A stretch of DNA of 64,000 nucleotides from Bacteroidota bacterium (GTDB lineage: Bacteria; Bacteroidota; Bacteroidia; Chitinophagales; LD1): contig CANJRM010000004.1 in the NCBI GenBank assembly GCA_947476645.1, positions 7,533 to 71,532 on the forward strand, given 5' to 3'. A program made the position numbers and the translations under genes. A model generated the notes under the pieces. It was not told the origin of the DNA. It saw only the letters and a list, made by a program, of their open reading frames with translations, and searched no databases. Each line of letters begins with the position of its first letter. Position 1 is the first letter of the stretch. Shown here in pieces: positions 19,396 to 29,086 of this stretch.

Positions 19396-20094
19396 ATGAA
19401 AAAGCTCCTCTTCATACTCGCGATACTTTTAACTGCTGTTCAGTTTACCAATGCACAGGAACACCGCTTCAACTCTGAATTAGATAAGTTTTGCAAAACC
19501 ACTATCAAAGAATTTAAAAGCATTTCTAAAGAAAGAAAAACAGTACTCGATGGCATGGCAGAACAACTGGCTAAAAAGAAGTATGTGGTGTTTTCGTGCA
19601 AAACAAACAGCAGAAGAACCCTTATGTTACAGGTATGGGCGCAAACGGCATTCTACTATTATAGTATCCTCGGTAAATATGCTTTCTCTATTGGCGACAC
19701 CGTTACCGATGTGTATCCGGGTGTAGCCGAAGTGCTTACCGAGGCGGGTTTTTATTGCACTTTCCAAAGAAACACAGAGCCCAGCGGCTATATTATTTCT
19801 ATCAGCAAGGAATATCCACTCAATATGCTTTCTTCTAAGAATAAGGTTGGCACTATTGATACCGCTAAAGGAGTATTGGTGAATATTTGCTTTGATGCCA
19901 ATGAGCAATCGAATGTTACAGCCGTAAACGGGCATCTTGATTTACCATACCAAAGCCCTACTCAGTTTGAAAATACGCCAAAGGAAAAGGAAACCTATGA
20001 AGCGCTCAATAAGCAAATTGCTGTAGAGATGCTCTATCTTGCCAAAAAAACTAAAGGATTCATCAACGAGTTGATGAATAATGCGGAGGAATAG
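19396..20094 (+). CDS. Exported LMW-PTP/ArsC-like protein (degenerate)
   Basis: Signal peptide MKKLLFILAILLTAVQFTNA; P-loop CKTNSRR (CX5R), QVWAQTA, QIAVEMLY typical of the Bacteroidota protein-tyrosine-phosphatase/ArsC-like family. Confidence 0.7.
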   Translation: MKKLLFILAILLTAVQFTNAQEHRFNSELDKFCKTTIKEFKSISKERKTVLDGMAEQLAKKKYVVFSCKTNSRRTLMLQVWAQTAFYYYSILGKYAFSIGDTVTDVYPGVAEVLTEAGFYCTFQRNTEPSGYIISISKEYPLNMLSSKNKVGTIDTAKGVLVNICFDANEQSNVTAVNGHLDLPYQSPTQFENTPKEKETYEALNKQIAVEMLYLAKKTKGFINELMNNAEE

Positions 20095-20180
20095 TCTCTT
20101 CTTTCTATCTGTTGCATTATCAATTGAATGTTAAGAACCAATTCACCCGAAATGTTCATAAGCAGTGGGGAAATAAATTG

Positions 20181-20237
20181 CTTAACACAATCTTAACACA
20201 GTAATTACTATTTGATAGCATGCTAATTATACGTTCG
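20181..20237 (+). promoter_or_regulatory. Putative Pho box plus -7 promoter of the TonB receptor
   Basis: CTTAACACA direct repeat at 20181 and 20192 (11-bp spacing, OmpR/PhoB-type); TACGTTCG at 20230-20237. Confidence 0.65.
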
Positions 20238-20256
20238 CGGCACAAATTTCAATGCC

Positions 20257-23064
20257 ATGGCACGAAAAATAGCCGTCCTCTTTTCCCTTTTGATTTTTTA
20301 CACACTTGCTCAGGCGCAAACAGGCGTTATTGCAGGTAAGGTAGTTGATGCTAAAACCGGAGAAGCCCTGATGGGTGTGGCTGTAGCAGTGGAAGGAACA
20401 ACCCTGGGTGCCATAACCGACTTAGATGGCAATTACAAAATATCAAACATTACAGAGGGTAAGGTAAACCTTGTGTTTCAATATGTAGGTTACAGCAAAA
20501 AATCGGCTTCACAGGTAGAAGTAAAAAAAGGCGAAACATTAACACTGGACCAAAACCTGAGCAGTCAGGATATTATTATTAACGAAGTAGCCATTGTAGC
20601 TAATTATAAAAGAGAATCGGTAAGTGCTGTAAACATGCAGCTGAAAAACGGAACGGTAATAGGCAGTGCAATTTCAGCCGAAGATGTAAAGAAAACACCC
20701 GACAGAAACACGGGTGATGTGTTGCGCAGAATTAGCGGAGCCAGTATTCAGGATGGAAAATTTGCAGTGATAAGGGGAATGAATGACCGCTATAATGTAG
20801 CTATGATAAACGGTGCACCGCTTCCTTCTACCGAACCGGACAGACGTGCTTTTGCTTTTGACCTTTTTCCTTCGGGCATGTTGAATAATCTAATGGTTTT
20901 AAAATCTGCCCGGGCAGATTTGCCTGGTGATTTTTCAGGTGGAATTATCATTATCAATACTAAAGATATACCTGAGTCAAACTATTACAATGTAGGTTTT
21001 ACCACCGGCTTTAATACCACTACTACTTTTAAACCATGGACTTATTACCAGGGAGGCAAAACAGATGCCCTTGGGATTGATGATGGTAAACGCGCCCTGC
21101 CAGCAGGATATCCGAAAACAATTGATGAGGTGAATCATTTTCTTTCTACTGCTACTTATGACGACAGAACGAACATGAGTAAACTGTTTGAGAACGATTG
21201 GGCGGTGCTGAACAAAAAACAGGCTTTGCCTAATTTTAGCGGGCAGTTTACGATGGGTCAGTCAAAACAAATACACAAGGTGGAAATAGGAAGTGTGTTT
21301 TCCGCTTCTTATAGCAACAACAACAAGTTCAACGATATTGAGCGAAAAGATTTTTACACCATACCCGATTCGTTTATTACAAAATATGCTTATCGCGACA
21401 GACAATACAGCAACAGTGTTTTGTGGGGTGTGTTGTGGAATGCAGCTATTAAAATAGGAGAGAACCATCGCATTCGAATTTCAAACATATTCAACGTAAA
21501 CAGCGAGAATCAAACAGTGCTTCGCGATGGAAATAACTTTGAAAATGAACAGTTGCGTAAAGGAACTTTATTCTCGTTCACCAGCAATCAACTTTACAGC
21601 GGGCAACTGGCAGGTGACCATGTTTTTTCGAAACAAAAAATAAAATTGAATTGGGTGGGTGGATATTCCCGCATTTGGAGAACTATACCAGATTTAAGAA
21701 GAACACTTTTTACCACACCTGATTTAGAAGACACTACTTACTATGCCGTTATTCAATCCACAGCAAATCCCGATTTTTTTGGAAAGTTTTATTCTAAACT
21801 TAACGAGAGCGTTTACAGCGGAAGTTTAGACATTACTGTTCCTTTTCAGATTTTAAAAAATGCCTGCAGTTTTAAAGCCGGAACGTATCAGCAGTATCGC
21901 ACCCGTGATTTTATCAGCCGCAACATTGGTTACGTTACTGGTCCGCAAAGTAGTTTTATGTTGTTGACCCTGTCGCAGGACTCCTTGTTTCTGGCACAGA
22001 ATATAGGCAAGAAGGGGTTTCTTATAAAGGAAGAAACAAAGTACGAAGACCAATACTTTGCTAACTCTTATCTCAACGCAAACTATGCCATGTTTGATTT
22101 GCGCTTTTTAAGCCGCCTTACCATTAATGCGGGTGTGCGCTTTGAGCAGTATCACCAGCAGGTTATGATTTACGATACTAAAGGGGAACAGAAAAAAATA
22201 GTTGACACGACCAGTTTTGATATTTTGCCAAGTGCCAATATTATAGTTGCGGTGAACGAGGCGAGTAACGTTCGTGCATCTGTTTTTATGGGAGTTTCAC
22301 GACCTGAGTTTCGTGAACTTGCTCCTTTCAGTTTCTTTGATTTCAATACTTCATCTTCCGTTCAGGGTCGTCCTGATTTGTTGCGCACAAAAACCATCAA
22401 TAGCGATTTGCGTTATGAATACTACTTTGGTAAAGGCGGCCAGATGATTGCGGTTACCGGATTCTTTAAGTATTTCAAAAATCCTATTGAGGTTACTTAT
22501 TCGCAAAGCACGGGCTCTAATCCTGAGTTATCTTGGCGAAATGCTCCCACAGCCTATAACTTGGGTGTGGAAGTTGAACTGCGCAAGAACCTAGATTTCT
22601 TAAACAAAACATGGAAAGGGTTTGAAAATTTCTCGTTCGTTATCAATGGCGCTTACATTTATTCAAAGGTAAAACTGAACGATACTATTTCGCGACCTTT
22701 ACAGGGGCAATCGCCTTATGTGGTGAATGTGGGTGTACAGTATAATGACCCTAAGATAGGTTTGAATGTAAGTTTGTTCTATAACCAAATAGGCAGAAGA
22801 ATTGTTTTTATTGGTAGTGATATGACCGGCTTTACTCAATACAACGATGTATATGAAAGCAGCCGGCCAATTCTTGATTTTTCGGTAACTCAACGTATAA
22901 CCAAGTATGCCGAAATTAAACTTACCTGCAGCGACTTGATTGCTAAAAACAATACGCTATATCAAGACATCAATAAGAACGGTAAGTTAGATGATAAAGA
23001 TTCCCGTACTATCAATACCCGTGTTGGCAGAACCATTGCCATTGGCTTTTCATTGAAATTCTAG
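20257..23064 (+). CDS. TonB-dependent receptor
   Basis: Signal peptide, CarboxypepD_reg N-domain, plug (IRGMNDRYN...LPSTEPDRRAFAFDLFP), RPEFRELAPF, terminal F. Confidence 0.95.
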   Translation: MARKIAVLFSLLIFYTLAQAQTGVIAGKVVDAKTGEALMGVAVAVEGTTLGAITDLDGNYKISNITEGKVNLVFQYVGYSKKSASQVEVKKGETLTLDQNLSSQDIIINEVAIVANYKRESVSAVNMQLKNGTVIGSAISAEDVKKTPDRNTGDVLRRISGASIQDGKFAVIRGMNDRYNVAMINGAPLPSTEPDRRAFAFDLFPSGMLNNLMVLKSARADLPGDFSGGIIIINTKDIPESNYYNVGFTTGFNTTTTFKPWTYYQGGKTDALGIDDGKRALPAGYPKTIDEVNHFLSTATYDDRTNMSKLFENDWAVLNKKQALPNFSGQFTMGQSKQIHKVEIGSVFSASYSNNNKFNDIERKDFYTIPDSFITKYAYRDRQYSNSVLWGVLWNAAIKIGENHRIRISNIFNVNSENQTVLRDGNNFENEQLRKGTLFSFTSNQLYSGQLAGDHVFSKQKIKLNWVGGYSRIWRTIPDLRRTLFTTPDLEDTTYYAVIQSTANPDFFGKFYSKLNESVYSGSLDITVPFQILKNACSFKAGTYQQYRTRDFISRNIGYVTGPQSSFMLLTLSQDSLFLAQNIGKKGFLIKEETKYEDQYFANSYLNANYAMFDLRFLSRLTINAGVRFEQYHQQVMIYDTKGEQKKIVDTTSFDILPSANIIVAVNEASNVRASVFMGVSRPEFRELAPFSFFDFNTSSSVQGRPDLLRTKTINSDLRYEYYFGKGGQMIAVTGFFKYFKNPIEVTYSQSTGSNPELSWRNAPTAYNLGVEVELRKNLDFLNKTWKGFENFSFVINGAYIYSKVKLNDTISRPLQGQSPYVVNVGVQYNDPKIGLNVSLFYNQIGRRIVFIGSDMTGFTQYNDVYESSRPILDFSVTQRITKYAEIKLTCSDLIAKNNTLYQDINKNGKLDDKDSRTINTRVGRTIAIGFSLKF

Positions 23065-23081
23065 CAACTGTATTTTTGGGT

Positions 23082-23160
23082 GTTAACTTTTCGGTAACAA
23101 ATACATAATTAAATAGTCACTTTTTTTTTATGTATGGGTAATGTAATGATGGCATGTTTG
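23082..23160 (+). promoter_or_regulatory. 11-bp-periodic half-sites plus -7-like element
   Basis: GTTAAC 23082, GGTAAC 23093, CATAAT 23104, AGTCAC 23115, GGTAAT 23137; CATGTTTG 23153-23160. Confidence 0.45.
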
Positions 23161-23185
23161 CAGCAACAAAAAACAATATACACAC

Positions 23186-24991
23186 ATGAACAAAAATTTA
23201 CTACTCGCTGTAGCTTTACTGCTCTCGATGTTTACACAAGCACAAACCATCGTTAACATTTCAAGCGACATTACCAGCGATCAAAACTGGACTAACAATA
23301 ACATCTATGTGCTTAACGACCGCATTTATGTAACCAACAACGCAACGGTTACTATTCAGCCCGGAACCATTATTAAAGGAGCTATCTCTCCGCAAGGAGC
23401 TTTGATTTTTACACGCGGTTCAAAAATTATTGCTGACGGAACTGCTGAGCAACCGATTGTATTTACATCGGCACAACCTGCAGGTTCAAGAGCTAAAGGC
23501 GATTGGGCAGGTCTTTGGATTTCGGGAAATGCACCGACTAATATGGGTACCGGTGTAAAACCGGAGGGAGGATTAGATTCAGTAAAAGCAAACTATGGTG
23601 GTCCTGATGCAAGCGATTCATCGGGTGTTTTACGTTACGTTAGAAGCGAGTTTGGCGGATATGCATATCAACCAAATTCAGAAGTAAACGGATTGACTTT
23701 TGCCGGAGTAGGTTCACGCACTGTGGTAGACCACGTAATGGTTTCTTATGCGGGCGATGATGCTACAGAATGGTTTGGAGGCAGTGTAAATTGTAAGTAC
23801 ATGGTCATGAACAAAACGCTTGATGACATGTTTGATACAGATTACGGTTGGTCAGGAACATTGCAGTTTGGTTTAGGTGTTAGCGATTCAGCTACAGCCG
23901 ATATTTCGGGTTCAAATGGTTTCGAAAGCGATAACAACAACGTTTCTGCTGCTAACTATGCAGGTACGCCTCAAACCAAAGGTATCTTTACCAATGTAAC
24001 TGTAGTGGGACCAAAGGTAGATGGTAGCACTTCTATCAATCCTAATTTTAAAAGAGCGTTGCACTTAAGAAGAAACACAGGTATCAGCGTTTACAACTGC
24101 GTATTCACTGGTTTTCCTACAGGTTTAAAAATAGAGAATCAGCAAACTGCTGATAACGTTACCGGCAATGTTTTACAATTCAAAAACAACATCATAGCAG
24201 GTTGCACTACGCCTCTCGATTCATCTACACTTACCTTTGGTATGGAAGGTTGGTTTAATAGCAATAACAACACTGTACTCGCTAACTCAAGCGATATCAA
24301 TCTTGCCAACGCATACAGCTATACCGCTCCAAGCTTTTTACCAAATGTGGGTTCGCCATTATTGAGTGGAGCTGACTATACTTCTGCTAATCTTTCGGGC
24401 AATTCATCTGTAACACCGGTTACTTATCGTGGTGCGTTCAATGATGTTGATTGGACAAAATGTTGGGGTGAGTGGAATCCGCAAGATGCTGATTACTCTT
24501 CAAACCTTAATTACGGCTTTACATTAAACATTGCGCAAAGCGGTTCGTTTCCATCGATTACCTTAACAGCAGATAACGTTGCAGGAGCAACCTATGCATG
24601 GTCAGATGGAGGAACAAGTGCATCAACAACAGCAACTACTGCGGGCACATACACCGTTACCGTTACCAGCTCAAGAGGATGCGTTAAAACACAAACATCA
24701 ACTGTTATAGGCACAGGAATAAACGAAGTAAGCAACATCAACAGCGTTCATTTGTTCCCTAATCCGAATAATGGATTCGCTACTTTAGAAATCACAGCAA
24801 ACAATTCTTCTGAAGTAAATGTGCAGGTAACAGATATAACAGGAAGAACAGTTACTATGTTCAACCGTGAACTTACTTCAGGCAAAAACTCAATTGCACT
24901 CAACACCGCAGACTATGCGGGTGGAATTTATTTTGTTACAGTAAAAACTTCAACAGAAAATAAAGTGGTGAGAATGGTGGTGAACAAATAA
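23186..24991 (+). CDS. T9SS type A secreted beta-helix protein (TonB receptor partner)
   Basis: Signal peptide; ADGTAEQPIVFTS, GDWAGL, DSSGVLRYVRSEFGG, DDMFDTDYG, NGFESDN; CTD LFPNP...GIYFV. Confidence 0.85.
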   Translation: MNKNLLLAVALLLSMFTQAQTIVNISSDITSDQNWTNNNIYVLNDRIYVTNNATVTIQPGTIIKGAISPQGALIFTRGSKIIADGTAEQPIVFTSAQPAGSRAKGDWAGLWISGNAPTNMGTGVKPEGGLDSVKANYGGPDASDSSGVLRYVRSEFGGYAYQPNSEVNGLTFAGVGSRTVVDHVMVSYAGDDATEWFGGSVNCKYMVMNKTLDDMFDTDYGWSGTLQFGLGVSDSATADISGSNGFESDNNNVSAANYAGTPQTKGIFTNVTVVGPKVDGSTSINPNFKRALHLRRNTGISVYNCVFTGFPTGLKIENQQTADNVTGNVLQFKNNIIAGCTTPLDSSTLTFGMEGWFNSNNNTVLANSSDINLANAYSYTAPSFLPNVGSPLLSGADYTSANLSGNSSVTPVTYRGAFNDVDWTKCWGEWNPQDADYSSNLNYGFTLNIAQSGSFPSITLTADNVAGATYAWSDGGTSASTTATTAGTYTVTVTSSRGCVKTQTSTVIGTGINEVSNINSVHLFPNPNNGFATLEITANNSSEVNVQVTDITGRTVTMFNRELTSGKNSIALNTADYAGGIYFVTVKTSTENKVVRMVVNK

Positions 24992-25017
24992 ACTATTCAA
25001 ACTCCCACAACGGAACT

Positions 25018-25049
25018 AACTCCTGCGCAGCAATGTGCGGGAGTTTTTT
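25018..25049 (+). terminator. Intrinsic terminator
   Basis: AACTCCTGCGCA-GCAA-TGTGCGGGAGTT followed by a T run. Confidence 0.8.
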
Positions 25050-25157
25050 GTTTTGTAGCTGGAGAACTATTTTATGTAAGTCGAACTAGTTACGGAAACA
25101 AATTTTTCTCTTTCAATAATTATCTTCGCGGCTTCAAAACGGTTTAGATAAAAAATC

Positions 25158-26261
25158 ATGAGTAAAAAAGGAAAAGTATTAGTAGCCATGAGCGGTGGAA
25201 TTGATTCCACCGTAAGTGCTGTTATGCTGCATGAGGAAGGTTATGAAGTAGTGGGCATTACCATGAAAACATGGGACTACGCCACGAGCGGAGGAACAAA
25301 AAAAGAAACCGGTTGCTGTTCGCTCGATTCCATTAACGATGCGCGTCAGGTAGCGGTTGATTTGGGTTTCAGTCATTTCATTATTGACATTCGCGAAGAG
25401 TTTGGTGATTTCGTCATCAATAATTTTGTGGACGAATACATGTCAGGTCGCACACCTAATCCCTGCGTGCTTTGCAACACCCACATTAAATGGGAAGCAC
25501 TTTTAAAACGTGCCGATATGATGGACTGTGAGTTTATAGCCACAGGTCACTATGCGCAATTGCGAAATGAAAACGGTCGCAACATTATTTCGAAAGGTTT
25601 AGATAATAACAAAGATCAAAGTTATGTGCTGTGGGGAGTTAGTCAGCGTTGTTTGGGCAGAACTGTTTTTCCGGTGGGCAAATTTCATAAACCAGCTATC
25701 AAACAAATGGCGCGCGACATGGGTTACATTGAACTCGCCAACAAAAGCGAGAGCTACGAAATCTGTTTCGTGCCCGATAACGATTACCGTGGTTTTCTAA
25801 AACGCAGAATTCCCGATTTAGAAAAGAAAGTAGATGGAGGTGATTTTGTAAATGCCGAAGGCAAAGTGCTCGGCAAACACGAGGGCTATCCTTTTTATAC
25901 CATCGGTCAACGCAGAGGATTAGGAATGGCTTTTGGCAAACCAATGTTTGTTACAGCAATAAATCCCGATACAAACACCGTTACACTTGGTGAAGAAGAA
26001 GAACTCGACCGCAACGGTATGTGGGTAGGTAAACTGAATTTACAGAAGTATGAAAGTATTAGTGAACCAATGGAAGCTATCACCAAAGTGCGTTACAAAC
26101 ACGATGGAGAGCAAAGTATTATTTCGCAAATTGATAGCCGTATAAAAGTTGAATTCGCTACAAAGGTTTCTGCCATTGCTCCGGGTCAAAGTGCAGTTTT
26201 TTATGAAGGCAATGATATGATTGGCGGAGGAATAATCTTTTCTAATTTCGACATCAAATGA
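25158..26261 (+). CDS. mnmA: tRNA 2-thiouridine(34) synthase
   Basis: AMSGGIDS, GRTPNPCVLCN, ATGHY, KDQSY, SESYEICF, TIGQRRGL, APGQSAVFY. Confidence 0.98.
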   Translation: MSKKGKVLVAMSGGIDSTVSAVMLHEEGYEVVGITMKTWDYATSGGTKKETGCCSLDSINDARQVAVDLGFSHFIIDIREEFGDFVINNFVDEYMSGRTPNPCVLCNTHIKWEALLKRADMMDCEFIATGHYAQLRNENGRNIISKGLDNNKDQSYVLWGVSQRCLGRTVFPVGKFHKPAIKQMARDMGYIELANKSESYEICFVPDNDYRGFLKRRIPDLEKKVDGGDFVNAEGKVLGKHEGYPFYTIGQRRGLGMAFGKPMFVTAINPDTNTVTLGEEEELDRNGMWVGKLNLQKYESISEPMEAITKVRYKHDGEQSIISQIDSRIKVEFATKVSAIAPGQSAVFYEGNDMIGGGIIFSNFDIK

Positions 26262-26992
26262 ATTTCCGCTTATTGAAACATAAATTCTCTTTCTGTCTTG
26301 TGTCTTGTGTCTTGTGTCTAACTGTCTTTTCATGCAAAGACAAAAAAGACGACTACACCGTTGACTATCTTACCGAATATGCTCCTGTCGATTCCGGTCA
26401 CTATGTAATTTACGATGTAGATTCTATTACCTATCACTACGCCAATCCTGTTTACACACGCGACACCGCACGCTATCAACTCAAAGAAGAAATTGGCGAT
26501 ACCACTTACGATAACCTCGACCAGCTTTGCTACCAACTCGATTTATATCGCAGACCCGATAGTAATGCTGCCTGGTCTTTCGACCGCAGATGGTTGGTGA
26601 AAAGAACGCCTACCGCTTTCGAAAAAACCGAACTCGACCTCAAGTTTGTAAAACTTGTTTTTCCTCCGCAGTATGGCAAATCGTGGAACGGCAACGCTTA
26701 TCTTCCTACTACCACGCCTTACCAGCTTTTCGAAAACTGGGATTACAAATACACCGAAGCTAACTATCCGCGCACTTACGGCAGTTTCAGTTTCGATAGC
26801 ACACTCACCGTTTCCGAAGTAAGCGATTCAAACCTTTTAGAGAAAACACTTCGCAAAGAAGTCTACGCCCTTCACACCGGCATGATTTATCAGGAATGGG
26901 AACACCTCGAAAAAGGAAACGTTCTCAAAGACTGGCAAACCGGTCCCGAATCGGGCTTCCGCATACGCATGAAAATTGCGGGGCATAATTGA
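26258..26992 (+). CDS. Hypothetical lipoprotein
   Basis: Lipobox VFS-C followed by KDKK; ATGA overlap with mnmA stop. Confidence 0.8.
   Translation: MNFRLLKHKFSFCLVSCVLCLTVFSCKDKKDDYTVDYLTEYAPVDSGHYVIYDVDSITYHYANPVYTRDTARYQLKEEIGDTTYDNLDQLCYQLDLYRRPDSNAAWSFDRRWLVKRTPTAFEKTELDLKFVKLVFPPQYGKSWNGNAYLPTTTPYQLFENWDYKYTEANYPRTYGSFSFDSTLTVSEVSDSNLLEKTLRKEVYALHTGMIYQEWEHLEKGNVLKDWQTGPESGFRIRMKIAGHN
26294..26321 (+). repeat. (TGTCTTG)3-TGTCTAA heptamer tract inside the signal-peptide coding region
   Basis: Units at 26294, 26301, 26308, 26315. Confidence 0.85.
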
Positions 26993-27027
26993 CTTCTCCT
27001 CCTCCTTTTCTATTTAGATTATTCGGT

Positions 27028-27035
27028 TATTTTTG
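27028..27035 (+). promoter_or_regulatory. Bacteroidota -7 promoter element of rpsA
   Basis: TATTTTTG matches TAnnTTTG, about 70 nt before the ATG. Confidence 0.65.
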
Positions 27036-27104
27036 CCGCCCTTTTAATCAATAACAAAACTCACGTTAGCGGGGTGAGAATAAACAATAACCGCAGTCAC
27101 TAAA

Positions 27105-29024
27105 ATGGCAGAAGAAATTTTAGAAAACACAGTAGAAAATCCGGTTGAAAAAACAAACGTTCAGGTGAGCACACCTCATGACGATTTCGATTGGAACGTA
27201 GACAAGCGCAATGTAGTTACCTACAACGATGCTGATCGCAAAATGTATGATGTGCAATATTCATCTACCCTTAAAACAATCGAAAACGATGAGATTGTAA
27301 AAGGAACAGTAGTGGCTATCACTAACACAGATGTAGTGTTAAACATCGGTTTTAAATCAGACGGACTTGTTCCGCTTTCCGAATTCCGCGACATTGAAGA
27401 ATTGCAGATTGGCAGCGAGTACGATGTGTATGTGGTAAACAAAGAAGACCGCAAAGGTATTCTTCAGTTAAGCCGCAAAAACGCGCGTATGCTCAAGGCA
27501 TGGGAAGAAATTATGGATGCCCACAAAACAGGCATTGTGGTTCAGGGTAAAATTACTTCTAAAACCAAGGGCGGTCTTATCGCCAATGTATTTGGTTTAG
27601 AAACCTTCTTACCGGGTTCTCAAATTGATGTTAAACCAATTACCGATTACGATGTGTATGTAGGCAAAACAATGGAGTTGAAGGTTGTTAAGATTAACGA
27701 AGCCATTAAGAACGCAGTTGTTTCGCACAAAGCACTTATCGAATCAGATATCGAATCGCAACGCGAAGCTATCATCGGCAAATTGGAGAAAGGTCAGGTA
27801 TTGGAAGGAACTATCAAGAACATTACAGACTTCGGTGCATTCATCGACCTCGGTGGCGTTGACGGATTACTTTACATCACCGATATTTCATGGGGCAGAA
27901 TTGCACATCCTAAGGAAGTGCTCGAACTGAACCAGAAACTGAACGTGGTGGTATTGGATTACGATGATAACAAGAAGAGAATTTCACTCGGCTTGAAACA
28001 ATTGCAACCGCACCCATGGGATACTCTCGATAAAGAAATCGAATTGGGCAGCAAGGTGAAAGGTAAAGTAGTAAACATTGAAGACTACGGTGCATTCATC
28101 GAAATCACTCCGGGTGTTGAAGGTCTTGTTCACGTGAGCGAAGTTTCATGGAGCAACACACCAATCAACAGCCGTGAATATTTCCACAGCGGAGATGCTC
28201 ACGAAGCAATCGTTATGACGCTTGACCGTGAAGAAAGAAAGATGTCACTTTCATTAAAGAGATTGACCGAAGACCCTTGGGTTAAGATTGCTGAAAAATT
28301 CCCTGTAGGAACCAAGACCAGAGGGTTAGTGAAGAACATTACACCTTACGGTGTGTTTGTTGAACTGACTGAAGGTATTGGCGGCATGGTTCACATCAGC
28401 GATTTATCATGGACTAAGAGATACAATCACCCAACTGAGTTCACCAAAGTTGGCAGCGAATTGGATGTAGTAGTTCTTGACATTGATAACGATAATCGTA
28501 AACTTACTTTAGGTCACAAACAAATTGAAGAAGATCCATGGGATTCTTTTGAAAATGTATTCCCTATCGGTTCAGTTCACGAAGCTACCGTTCTTCATGC
28601 AGATGATAAAGGCGCAACCATTCTTTTACCTTACGGTTTAGAAGCATTTGCTCCAAAGAAACATTTAGCAAAAGAAAGCGGTGGATTTTTAGCTGCTGAT
28701 GAAAAAGCACCTTTCAAGGTTCTTGAATTCAATCGTAACGACAAACGTATTCTTGTTTCACATGCACGCATTTGGGAAGAAGTGAAAAACGAAGCCATTG
28801 ATGCAGAAGTAAAAGAGAAGAAAGTTGAACGCGAAAAGGAAAAGAAAGTAGTGAAGAATCTACAGAAGAATGTAGAAAAAACTACCCTTGGCGATTTGAG
28901 CGCACTTTCTGAACTGAAAGAGAAAATGGACAACAAATCTGCTAAAGATGCAAAAGCCGCAGCAGAAGAAACCAGCACTGAAACAACTTCATCAGAAACA
29001 TCTGAAGAAAAATCACCTGAATAA
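27105..29024 (+). CDS. rpsA: 30S ribosomal protein S1
   Basis: Six S1 repeats (FLPGSQID, FGAFIDLGGVDGLL, GVEGLVHVSE, RKLTLGHKQ), TTLGDL tail. Confidence 0.98.
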   Translation: MAEEILENTVENPVEKTNVQVSTPHDDFDWNVDKRNVVTYNDADRKMYDVQYSSTLKTIENDEIVKGTVVAITNTDVVLNIGFKSDGLVPLSEFRDIEELQIGSEYDVYVVNKEDRKGILQLSRKNARMLKAWEEIMDAHKTGIVVQGKITSKTKGGLIANVFGLETFLPGSQIDVKPITDYDVYVGKTMELKVVKINEAIKNAVVSHKALIESDIESQREAIIGKLEKGQVLEGTIKNITDFGAFIDLGGVDGLLYITDISWGRIAHPKEVLELNQKLNVVVLDYDDNKKRISLGLKQLQPHPWDTLDKEIELGSKVKGKVVNIEDYGAFIEITPGVEGLVHVSEVSWSNTPINSREYFHSGDAHEAIVMTLDREERKMSLSLKRLTEDPWVKIAEKFPVGTKTRGLVKNITPYGVFVELTEGIGGMVHISDLSWTKRYNHPTEFTKVGSELDVVVLDIDNDNRKLTLGHKQIEEDPWDSFENVFPIGSVHEATVLHADDKGATILLPYGLEAFAPKKHLAKESGGFLAADEKAPFKVLEFNRNDKRILVSHARIWEEVKNEAIDAEVKEKKVEREKEKKVVKNLQKNVEKTTLGDLSALSELKEKMDNKSAKDAKAAAEETSTETTSSETSEEKSPE

Positions 29025-29042
29025 TTTCAGTTGAATAGAAAT

Positions 29043-29080
29043 AAAAACCCTCCCCCGAGTACTCGGGGGAGGGTTTTTTT
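29043..29080. terminator. Bidirectional terminator (perfect 36-bp palindrome)
   Basis: AAAAACCCTCCCCCGAGT|ACTCGGGGGAGGGTTTTT between convergent genes. Confidence 0.9.
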
Positions 29081-29086
29081 GTTTGC

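Noticed and set aside
29043-29078. MITE or cruciform element
   Set aside because: Position between convergent genes with A/T tails is fully explained by a bidirectional terminator
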